A DNA stretch of 64,000 nucleotides from Bugula neritina (lineage: Eukaryota > Animalia > Bryozoa). Of this stretch, positions 28,901-40,131 are shown in pieces. The notes under the pieces were generated by a model. The model did not search any database, was not told where the DNA came from, and was given only the letters and a program-made list of their open reading frames with translations. The stretch spans positions 6,024,698 to 6,088,697 of the forward strand of contig OZ037765.1 in assembly GCA_964035545.1 (NCBI GenBank), given 5' to 3'. A program made the position numbers and the translations under genes. Positions within the stretch are counted from its first letter, which is position 1, and every line of letters begins with the position of its first letter.

Positions 28901-31900
28901 AATGCATTTCCTGGCCTGTCAAAAAGCTGTCATAAATGTAGCTACAATGGAAATATATTTAAAATTCAAACTTTTTGCTTATTGTCTTTTCAGTAAACAA
29001 TGGATGCCATCTTTGACTGACAGTTGAATGTCATCTTACTCTAAATGCTTTCCAAAGCACCTAAGTTACAGTTTCTACAAATTCAATAGTTGATTGCTAT
29101 GTGTTTTGACCAACACTCCTTGGTGTAATTGAATGATCTTAAGACTCTCAAATACAAGCTTTCATGTTACTTTAATGCGTAAATATATACTGTACGTTTT
29201 AGTTCCACCCCAGAATGTAGTGATAACTGCCAATGGACCATTGAGAGAGGGAGTAAGCGTCACCCTAATGTGCAACAGTGGTTCTAGTAACCCTGAGTCT
29301 ACAATTATATGGTATAAAGACAACACAGAGCTATCAAACCTTACTGATAATATACGACACGTACGAACAGAAAATGGTGACTTTAATGGGAAGTCAACAG
29401 TGAGCTCGTAAGTGCAACATTTCCTTTGGCACAGCAATTTTTAAGTGATGAGACACGTTGCCTTTGTTTAACAGCTGACTGTCTCAAATTTCACTGCTTA
29501 CTTAACTTCGGTTAATTTTTAACACCAACGTCTGCTGAATATGGATATTTTGCACCAAAAGTTCAAGTTCAACATGTAACATGATAATGACAATTTATGT
29601 ACTTATATAATGTTTTATATTAGGGCTGAATTTATTATATATTATCGTGATGCCATTAATAACTTAAGAATCAAGGGTATTCAGTCATAAAACTCATAAT
29701 TATATAGTGACTAGCTAGCTGTTTTATTTGGAATGTTGTAAAGTTTCTATCACCTGCTACTTGGACTTTGCATCATATGTTACTGTCAGTTTGTGCTGGC
29801 TCTTCTCTTTTAGGTATACATTTACACCAGTTGCCTCAGAGAATGGGGTCACGGTGCACTGTAGTGCACGGAACAGTGAGATTCGCAGATCTACCGCCCG
29901 AGGAATGTCACTAAATATCCTCTGTAAGTATCCTTTGCTAAACACTGTTGACAATCTACCATATTTTTAATTGTGACCTTGGATTTACTATTGTAAACAA
30001 TGTGTCTGGGTAACAAAGTGTATATAATTCTAATAAACGAGAGGTTGACTGGGTTATCTGGAATTAAGAGAACAAATTCCACTAAAATTGCAAATGATTT
30101 AGAATGAGAGTTTGCTTTGAATAGAATTCTATAAGTAATAGGTGTTTCTGACTCTAGCGATGCTTGGTAGTATGTAAACTTTGTGACAATAGTTTTTGTT
30201 GTAAAAATGAAATATCAACTTTAAATGGAGTATTTACTGTGAGTGCAAATACTAGGAGCACTTATTTTAGTAGAAAGAGGAGAAATGGGTAGGGGTATGT
30301 TATATAATATATAACTATATCATATAAACATCCTATGTTTTGTCTTATATTTTTAGACAAACCAAAATTTACTGACGTTCCAACTGTTCTCCAATTAGAA
30401 GAAGGAAAAAATAAAACTAACAACAATTTCGCAGCATTGAGTAATCCACCCGAAATAACTTATACATGGTTTAAGGTATTTTAATCAGATACCTCCCTAA
30501 ATTGCTTTTAGTGTAACATTTTAGCTATATTTCAGTTGTTGAAGATAAGATATGTTACATAACTATCATAATTCTGCCTGTGGTATTCATAAATGAATGA
30601 GGCAGTTGAAATTTTTAACACAAGTTCCCAAACAATTATTTGACAGTTGCCATTCAAGGGGAAAAGCATTGAGCTTTTCATTAATGAAATATAATAATGA
30701 TTAATGACAGACTCTAAGCCTAGGGCCACACTGTGCGTATTTTCGCATGCGAAAATTAAAATCCCGAGTAGCAAAGGTGTCCACTGTAGCGTCAGTGATG
30801 CGTGATAAATAAAGCTTTCATTTTTAAATCGCACTCGCTTTCAATAAAACGCAATTTACTGGAATATAGCACTAAATAAAGAAATTGGGCTCGCTGAATA
30901 GTTACCAGCCAATTAGGTGACGACGACAGAGACGATTCGCACTTGCGTTGAAAATGCAGAGCGACAAGTGCGAAGGTTTTCTCAACGCGCACAGTGGACA
31001 CCTTTGCTACTTGTGATTTCAATTTTCGCATGCGAAAATACGCACCGTGTGGCCCTAGGCTAAGTGAAAACCAAGGCTGAATCTACTAACATGATTTCTT
31101 ATCACAGCTTGATGGAGACACAGAACAAGAAATAAAATTCACCACCAAAAGAGACATCACTATCCCCCAGCTGTCGGCTACCGGCGCAGTTCTCAACCTC
31201 ATCAATGTGGACCGAGCTTTGACTGGTAACTACCGGGTGAAAGGAACAAACAATGAAGGGACATCTAATGCCAATTTCAAGATAGATGTACAATGTAAGT
31301 GCAATAGAGAGCAGGAATATAGTACATAGTGGACCTCATTGCAATTGCACAATAAGTTAATTAACAGTATAGTACTCAATGCACCAAGCAAAGCTGCACG
31401 CAATAATGGAAGAACAGTTTATAAAGCTAATCAAAAAGAGTTTATGTTGATATAGATCAAGACTTGAATTTGTATTTATTAATACCATGCTAAAAATACT
31501 ATTTCTTTACTCTTGGTAACTTAATAATTTAACATGACTTGATTAGTAGAAGTATGCCTGGGGCTTCACAAAGTTAGCTTTCAATAACAGCGTGTAAGAT
31601 ACAATCCTCTATGTTTTAAAGATGGTGCAGAAATAATGGGCTCGCCAACACAGACTACAGATGGTGAAGGCATATCCTTGCATTGTGTTATTGATGCGAA
31701 CCCACCCGTTGTTAAGAGTCATGCCAGATGGACGCGACTAGACTATGACATGACTCGTGGCACGCAGACTCTGTCCGAGACAGGAACTACTCGCACGCTA
31801 ACTCTCACGATACCAAGTGTCATGAGAGATGATATTGGCACTTTCACCTGTGAGGCCAACAACACATTTGGCTCTGTCAGCAAAGAATATTCTGTTGATC

Positions 31901-34900
31901 CAGTACCATGTAAGTAGATGCTGCTTGACTATTCCCTTATAGAGTTTGAAATATCTACGTATGGTCGACTGGCTATAACAATTTTTTATGTTATGGTGCT
32001 ACTGCTAGTCTTTATAAAATAACATAGCATTTAAACTAATTCAATTTTTTGTTCGTCTTCTAAAAAATCTAGAAAAGCATCAGATTAGTAAAAATAAACA
32101 TATCATATATGCTTGTCATTTTGGTAGCGGTATTTGTTATAATTATACGTAAGCAGAATATAAATTAAAGGCAATAAAATGTACAAATAAAATAGTATTG
32201 TGGGTGAAGTATTGAATATGTCAGTTCTTCGATGAGATAGAGACTCAGTAGCTGTTCATATAAACACGGGTGTACGATTACTTATTTATTGTACTAGGAG
32301 TTGAATATATGCCCTTTTGTTTAATGTACTTTAGTTCAACCTGTGATTGATAAAGCCCCCAGAACATCAAAATCTGCTGCTCAAACGTATGATGATGGCT
32401 ATATAAAGTGTAAACTAGATGCCTTCCCAGCTCCAGTGATCACCTGGCAAAAAGGAGACGATCCCATCACACTGGATGATGTAAAATACAACATGTCTAG
32501 CAAAACTGAAGGACCAATCAAGTTTAGCTATGTACTTATCATAAAGAATGTGGGCGAATCAGATTATGGCTCTTATAAATGTACTGCACAGAACTCAAAA
32601 GGCGTAGACACTCATGACATCATTTTATCTGGCACAAGTTAGTTACATTAACTAATATATTTTACAGCCGTATATATTATGATAAGGTAGTAAAATAGTT
32701 AGCTTTGGCCATTCAAACTTGCAGGAATAAAAATGATTACTCAACTTCTCTAAAACGATTTGTTATATAAACCTTATGGTGAAATGAATCTTTAAAGTGA
32801 TGATTGATAAAGTTGTATTTATGTTTCAACTGCCAAGTAAAAGTATCTGTTTATAAGTAGGTAGTCTAAATTCTCATCACTCTATTTCCATTGTGTAATC
32901 ATGATATAAATACATGTGAATCAGTTTGAGTGAGTAAATTTAAAAGCTTACATAAGCCTGTTTTATACCCACATACTTTTGACTTCCTAGGCAAACCCGA
33001 TCCTCCTACGGATATAACTTTGTTGAATGCTACTGACACATCTGTCATACTCTCCTGGACTCCAGGGTTTGATGGAGGTCTCCAGCAGAAGTATAATATC
33101 CGGTATAACTCACCTGGAGGAAGCTACATGTATGCTGATGCACCTTCTATTCCATTCACTGTTCGAGGTGAGATGACCTAAATTCTACGCTGACACACGA
33201 AGTCTAGGGCTACAACTATATGAAATATAGATACAAAAATTATGGCCTGGTTAATGCTTGTACTGATTTTAGGCTTAGATCCTGATACAGAGTATGAGTT
33301 TACCGTTCAAGCCTTCAACGATTTGGGTAAAAGTAATTACCAGCCCGTAACGGTGAAAGCCACTACTCTCCGTAAGTACCTTCTATAGTTTAACTGACAA
33401 TTACAGTTGGCTTATATATAAATTTTTCATTTATCTCGTTAATTTAGTATGAATTGTAATTATTTATTTTTTTTAAATATCCATGGTTTGATTTTATATA
33501 GAATTTGACAAATCTAAAGGTAACTATGCTAAATTAATTGCCGTGTATTTTATAATGATGGTTTTAGACTTCTTTTGCACAATTATTCTTTCTCTCAGCT
33601 GTTCTAATTGTTCAAAAACAAGCAAGCTTTAATCAAACTTGTTTATATTTTTACTGACTGTTTCTCATTCTCTTCACTCTACGTTATCTTTCACTCGTGT
33701 ATAATTGTATATTTATGTTAGCTAAAGCTAGGGCCACAAGCAACGGATTTCCGCTAGCGAAAACCTTTCGGAGGCAGCAAAATAGGGCTGTTTGGTGCAG
33801 ATTTTATGCAGTCAAACTGCTGAACAAATACTGCAACAATTGATGGTGATTCAATTGGTTCATCACTATTTAGCAAGTCCACTTTTTGAGTTTCAGTTCT
33901 ACGCCCTCTTTCCAATCAATCTCGAATTTATGAGAATAGCTAAAATGAATTCAAACTAAAATAATAGTTTAACACCATTGGCAAATACAATTGGCTACTG
34001 GAGTATTGCTCTCGATGACAACAATTGCGTGTGGCAGACAACTTTTGCAGCAGATTTTCACCATAATAATATAATGCTCTCATGCAAAATTCTGCTCAGC
34101 GTGGCTCTAGCTTAAGCAAGTTTAAGACTTTGGAACTTCAGGCTGCTTCTGATTCATAGTTATAGTGTAGCAGTGAAACATTGTTTCATTGCGTGTCGAT
34201 ATATTTGTTAATTTTATTAGTTTGCTCGTCATGTTCATGTCTTCATTCAGACCACATTCTATAACTCTTGCTTTGCGAAATTACGTTGATGGCATGATGC
34301 CAGCATAATATTGGTGATTTAGCAAAAGTTGGATCTAAGAAGTCAAGTAAAGCTTCTAAAGTTTAAACCAAGTCACATGATGCTTAGAGCACTTTTTTCA
34401 TGTCATTCATACAAGCTGATGCATGCCATGTATAGATAAATATTTACTCAAGTTTAACACGCAGTTTAAGAGTCATAGCAGTTTATAAATAAGATGAATA
34501 AAAGTATAACACCTGCAAAATTTTGCAACACAAAAACCTGGCAGTTACAAATTCTACAGGCTTGCAGTTAATTGATCAATAAAAAGTGCCAAGTCAAATC
34601 AAGTCAGTAGCTGTAGCAAAACTCCTCGAGTCAAGTAATTGTTGGGAGTCAAAATTTTTATGAAGTTGTATTGCTGCTTGTGCTATGTAATTACAACTAG
34701 CAATTTGCAGTGTAATTTTCAAGAATTATCCTGCATGATTTCTGAATATATTTATTACAATTTGCAGCAGCCACCACAGCTAAGCCTCAGACCATCAAAC
34801 CTGATGAGCCAATGTTCATAATCATTATGGCATTGGCTGTGGTTTTCGGCCTTTTACTTATTGTGACAACTGTACTGGTGTGCATCTTTGTAAGAAGGAG

Positions 34901-36684
34901 GAAGAAAAGAATGCTAAGTGATGGTTGGTTTATTCATAGTAAAGTATACAACATGTTTTATTATATTTCATTGCTACCTGTTTTAAGGGAGGAGCAGTAA
35001 TAGAGAAATTTGAAAATGAGAAATGCTGAAATTGGAGTTATCTCATTGTAATATTTTTAACCAGCAACCAAATCAAAGTTCATAAATACTTTAGCTGTTG
35101 AAATTAGTCTGTCTCCGCACCTAAACACTTTGTTTGTCCACTTTGAAGGCAACCTAAAATCTATATCATGTTTATTTTCTAAAATTAAGAACCTTTAGCA
35201 CTTGAACTAATAAATAGAGTTTTGCTTACAAAAACTGTATCATTTTATCAATTCTGTTCTCCTCTTAACTGCTTAAAAAGTATTTATAAACCAATTATGA
35301 TACTGTTAAATTTATGTTTTGCTTGCCAAAAGTATCACGATATCATGCTAATAGAGTATATCTACTTGGCTAAGTTAAAATGGAGCTCATATTTTGGTTA
35401 GCTCTTGTAGCCACAGACTCAGCGAGCCAGAGTAACACTGAACAGTTATATGGCACAAGTGTTGGCTCTCAGCCTCAGGATGATGCAAGGAGCTACAGCA
35501 CATCCTACGAGAAGGGATACGAAGATGATTATGCTAAACATTATGAAGATGATGAAAAAGATAACATAAAGTCAGCTCCTGCTAATGATAACTATATTTC
35601 AGCTAAAGATGTGCAGCCTTGGTCCAAGACAGAGGGTAAGCAAATGTGACCATCATTTATAAAAGCAGCACACTTTATGATAAAGAATAAAGTTGTAGTC
35701 ATTCAGGATTATTTTTATAATAAACACACTTGAGTTATGTTTCATGTACTGTGTGCAGGAGGAAATTTCGGTAACTATGGTCGGCAAACAAGTTTCAGAG
35801 GCGGATCTTCTGTGGATGAGCAATACGCCAACAGACTAAGAAACGCTACGAAGACTATGCAGCAACCAGACGCCAAACAGCGGGTAAATTGTAGACAGCA
35901 TCTCCCATTATTGTTTAGTAAGATTGTGTTAAGTTTTGCTAATTTTGCTATGCAAGAATTTTTAAACAAGGCCGTTAAAAAAACACATAAGAAGCAAAAA
36001 AGCAGTTCATTAAAACAAATTTGGTTTTATTCAGCATAGATGCATGTTTGCAGTGTTTCAACTCAATTTAATTTCACCTTACAAACAATTCCACTAACAA
36101 ATGTTTCAAGCCTTGAAGAAAATCTTCAACGATATATATTGAAATGATTCAACTCACAAGGTGCTTAATAAATAGATGCTAAGCGTATTAGCAAAACTTG
36201 CATCTGCAAGTCTGTAAATTATAACCTTCAACCTTATTTTGGTTTCAGCCTGCATTTGTGATGGGACGCCCTCCAGCCCCCAAACCTCCCACAGCTAGAC
36301 CCAATTACAGTGAATATCCCCCTCATGTACCAGAGAGAAACTATTCTCCCCAAATAGACTATAATATATCAGGTAAATGTTGGTGTTTTACCTAAGTGTG
36401 GTGTTGAAATTCCCCAGTAGCTCCTATAGCGCAATGGTTTGCACACCGACTTGCAAGTTAGAAGTCTGAGTTTCAATTTCCGGTAGAGGCAGAAGTTTTA
36501 CAAGTTATTCTATTCAACGTGAAAAATTGATACAAATTGGAAAAGTTGCTTTTGATATAAAGTATTTAGCGGCTAATGATTGTTTCTTCTTTTTCTAGGT
36601 GAAATAGGTCACACGTCTTTTGTCAGCAATACTCCAACACCTTCTCTTGTAAATGGAGATGACCAAAGAGGGGCTTTGGTGTGA
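16905..36684 (+). CDS. NPHS1: Nephrin / Sticks-and-stones / SYG-2 family Ig-superfamily receptor (signal peptide, 9 Ig, 1 FN3, TM, cytoplasmic tail)
   Basis: 22 exons in continuous frame: 16905-17100, 20098-20250, 20366-20525, 21036-21256, 22684-22980, 24275-24426, 25417-25567, 26665-26790, 27249-27425, 29203-29407, 29814-29923, 30357-30475, 31108-31294, 31622-31909, 32335-32637, 32991-33167, 33273-33371, 34768-34923, 35411-35635, 35759-35883, 36249-36372, 36599-36684. C2-set motifs GGNPLPTLQW and SSNPESTIIW, FN3 motif WTPGFDGG, TM followed by RRRKKR, C-terminus QRGALV* (nephrin ends RGHLV*). Confidence 0.88.
26884..26987 (+). mobile_element. Highly diverged, internally deleted copy of the tRNA-derived SINE
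   Basis: AGCAGCATCGGTCTAGTGGTTGGAGC...GGTAATGTCAATAAAGGCATCTGATCACAATTTCCTCTGTGC...AAGTCTTT is collinear with the SINE at 61049. Confidence 0.55.
30718..31060. mobile_element. PIF/Harbinger (Tourist-like) MITE, 343 bp, in a nephrin intron
   Basis: About 70-bp TIRs (GCCTAGGGCCACAC.GTGCGTATTTTCGCATGCGAAAATT...) and an exact TAA duplication on both sides (30715-30717, 31061-31063). Confidence 0.88.
33726..34112. mobile_element. Older, related Harbinger-type MITE in a nephrin intron
   Basis: Termini AGCTAGGGCCAC...GTGGCTCTAGCT flanked by TAA on both sides; shares the CTAGGGCCAC terminal core with 30718-31060. Confidence 0.65.
36420..36491 (+). pseudogene. Degenerate tRNA-like sequence (SINE head or tRNA pseudogene) in the last nephrin intron
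   Basis: A-box-like TAGCGCAATGG, acceptor stem 6/7 paired, decayed B box; the anticodon stem does not pair. Confidence 0.5.
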
Positions 36685-38355
36685 ACGACATCTTATCCAA
36701 TCCGAATAAATATTTATTTGAAATCAGAACTTTTCAGAATAGTTCAACAATAAGTTTCTGTTGAGTAAACAGTGCTACTCATATCTTATTATATGGTGTT
36801 GCACATATTTGTATAATATGGTATAACATAGACTTTGTGAGTGTAATGTAAATTACATCAGTGTTAGTGACGCCATGCTCAAGGCTTGACTGCTAAATAC
36901 ATACAATTAATTAGCAAAAAATCACTGAATTGCTTCTTATATATTTCAAGATTTCTACAGTTTTGGTGCTACTATTTTCTATGTTGGTGAATCCAATAGT
37001 GAACAATATTAACTCGAATTTTATTTAACACCCTTGTATTAGTTAAGCATTTCATGTATTTACTTTTCCGCTGCTCCACATCTTGGCTAATGAACAATTA
37101 CTGCTAATGTATATATTAATCATATTTGTATCACATATTTCTTCTACATGTACGGAATGCTCTTTGCAAGATGTATGTCTATGTTTGAAACAAAACTGTA
37201 AATTTTACATGAATTCACTTATACTATTCTAGTTATGGAGGTGCTTAGCATTATATAGTTATTTTATTATGTATGATGACAATATAATATTTGTTATATA
37301 ACCTGCATATTAGATCTCACATGACATTTTATTTGTATAGAAAGAAACACCATTGCTTGACATTGCTCTGTTAACGCAGATTATGCCTTATTGAATTTTA
37401 CCAAAGATAACTTGGTAGATTTACCATGTTTATTAACTCTTTTGTAGTTGAATAGAATACATGTAGTGGTTTGGTTTTAGACAAACTGGTGCTTTTTAGA
37501 TAAACAATAAAAATAATAATTTATTCTTTCTTCCGTATTTCAAAAAAGTTGAGTTATTACTGCATTTATATTTAAAAACATATCTGAGGCGCTAGGTATA
37601 GTCACTGGGTTAAAAAGAATACAATTTAGTCTAGGATGGGTTATACTGCCTTCTATTATTTAAGGCTTTCATCAATCTACTGCAATAGAAATTGAAAGCA
37701 AACAAAAATTTAGGGTGGGTCTTTCTCACCATATTATTATGTTATTCAAATAAAGCTTCATAGTTACAAAGATAACGGAGTTGTCTTTTTAAATGAAACA
37801 TTTGCTGGTACTTTGTAGTGTAGAAACACTGCAAGCACGTAAAATATTTAACAAAAAACACTTTTGACAAAAAGTGATTTTTTATGGTAAGCCTGCACTA
37901 TTAACTAACGCGACTTGTCAGTATAGAAAAGCTGGAAAGCCAGAAAGGCAAAGTCTACAGTGGTTTTTAACCAAATAAAATAATTCAAGTTTTATAAATA
38001 CATACGTGTATGTGCCTCAGCAATTATGAATACTAATAGCCAATAAACAAGTCAAAAGTTATATTTATTGCTCTTATTTTAGACTAGCAAATATTTATAA
38101 TTTAAAATATTATAATTATTATTAAGTTTAACTGAATTTGAAATTAAATATTAATGAATTTTAATTTGAAATACTCAATTTTAAAAGTAAATAATATTAT
38201 TTATATAGGAATATTAATATTTCATTATTTGTATTAACTATTATATTGATCTTTATTAGTAATGATTAATACAGTGGTGATTGTCATTCTCATTGCAATT
38301 ACTTTCAGTGTGAGTATTACTATTAGTGTATTACTATTAGTATTACTATTAGTAT

Positions 38356-38621
38356 TGTAGTAAGTTATGTAACTACTATGCGTGGGTTCCTAGCTTGTAA
38401 TTATGTCTATTTATCCACACCAATAAAGTATTTAGGTAAAAGTTTCCAAGTTTATTTACTACTAATTATATAAAAGATACAGCACGTACACAGATTAGAG
38501 ATTACATCTTTTCTTACACGCTCGCTCTACTGCAAAACTACTACTAACTGAGGGCTATCACGTGACGCACTTGGATAGGCTGAAGGAATACGGGGGACGC
38601 GCGCATTACGTCCTTACTACA
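38356..38621 (-). repeat. 3' LTR (266 bp)
   Basis: TG...CA ends with 9-bp inverted termini; preceded on the minus strand by the polypurine tract GGGGGGGCGG (38622-38631). Confidence 0.95.
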
Positions 38622-38972
38622 CCGCCCCCCCAGCAGAAAGCCCTACTTTCTGATAACACAGATACAATAAATTCGAACATAAAATGTTATAAAACTATAT
38701 AAAAAAAAACCGAGAGAGCGTGTGGCACATGAGAGAAAAACATGGCTATGTACAGTAATAAGAAACATATACATATATATAAAAAATATAACAGTAAATA
38801 CACAATGGCACCGGCGGGAGGCACTTATAAGGGATAGTTTGTAGAGGTAGAGCTGTATACTGGTAGGTTACTAGATTGTTACACTGAGTAATTGTTTGTG
38901 AGCACCGGCGTGAGAAGGGTCTGTAATGGGGCACCACCTGCTGTACCATCACGGATAGGGAGAGGAGGGACA

Positions 38973-40066
38973 TCATCTCCAAGCACTTCCTTTCATTCGG
39001 GCTACAGAGGCAGAGAGGGCCCGGAGTTCTGATGCGGCGGCGGAGATTCTCGGTGTCAGTCTTTGCACCTCTTTCTCTAATTCTCGTATCCGCTCTTCTG
39101 CCTCGCCTAGATTCCTGGCAGGGGCAGAGTGTCGGTTGGGGGATGAAGATGGCCAACGCCGTTTACGAGAAGGCCTTGGGGAGACAGGGGGGAGGGACGC
39201 CATCGCTGTGGTATATCGATGCGTCGTAACACGACTCTTGGTATGGAGTCGGGGCGGGGCACTGTGCGTGCGGGGGGTGAGGAACGGGATACGCGTGGTT
39301 TCCTATATCCTGGTGGTTTAGGGCAGGGTCCCTGTGTGATGGTCCTGGGTGCGGGGAACTCCTGACGCAGCCGTTCATATCGAACTGGGTCTGATATGAA
39401 CGGTCGGATGAGATTAAGGAATTGTGGAAAGGAGGGTTCGTCGACTTCGAACAGGTGTCCAATATGGCATCCCATAGTTCGCTGGTGACGGAGGATGTAG
39501 TCCCTGTGGTAACTATATTCACCACAGGGACAAAAGGTGGTGAAATAATGTTGGGGAATATGAACTCGAAGTCTTCGTGGGGTAGTGAAGTGAAGCTGGC
39601 ATAAACGGCAGGTGGTGCATTGGTCGTCTCCCTTGTGCTCTCGTATCAGTGTTTCTGTATCTGTTGTAACCTAGCATGATTGTTGTAGGAGTGCCTCCGG
39701 AAGAGTAGTGGGAACGGGTTCCTCGTTCCAAGCCATTTCTAGTGACGGCATGTCACCAGAGAGAGGAGAGAGAGCGGTATCTAAAAGAGCAGAATTACTG
39801 TTAGATCGAATATGATCTTTACACCATAATTCTGATGACAACCGACTGTTACTAGTCTGGGAGTCATACATCTTTTCAGATAGCACTCGAGGGACTGAGT
39901 CGTGTCGTGTAGACTGGCAGAGAGACATAGTGTCAAGCTCCAGATCTAGTAGATCGTCGGCCATCTTTATGTTCTCGTCGCCTTTCACGTAAGACTCAGT
40001 CCCCAGTAGTTGTGATTCAATCAAGGCGATTAAATCAGAACTGACTGATGGTAGACTGGTTTCCAT
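38973..40066 (-). CDS. Gypsy accessory ORF3: Ser/acidic N-terminus, C2H2 and C2HC-like zinc fingers, Pro/Arg-rich linker, basic motif, coiled coil (interrupted by one TAG and one frameshift)
   Basis: The frame of 40066-39671 stays open past the TAG to 39107 and encodes CRLCQLHFTTPRRLRVHIPQH and CPCGEYSYHRDYILRHQRTMGCH. A 1-nt shift at the G6 run 39187-39192 joins PSRKRR and LGEAEERIRELEKEVQRL... Confidence 0.7.
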
Positions 40067-40131
40067 GAGTAGAAATGTTAGCTCAGAGCAAGCTTACCTG
40101 AGAACCCGGTATTTGTAATCATACTCAGCGT

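Noticed and set aside
37775-37788. Exact 14-mer ACGGAGTTGTCTTT also at 59725-59738, both near putative promoters
   Set aside because: Some 14-mer matches are expected by chance in 64 kb of AT-rich DNA; two copies are not enough.
38973-40066. ORF3 as an envelope gene
   Set aside because: No signal peptide or transmembrane segment evident in the reconstructed protein.
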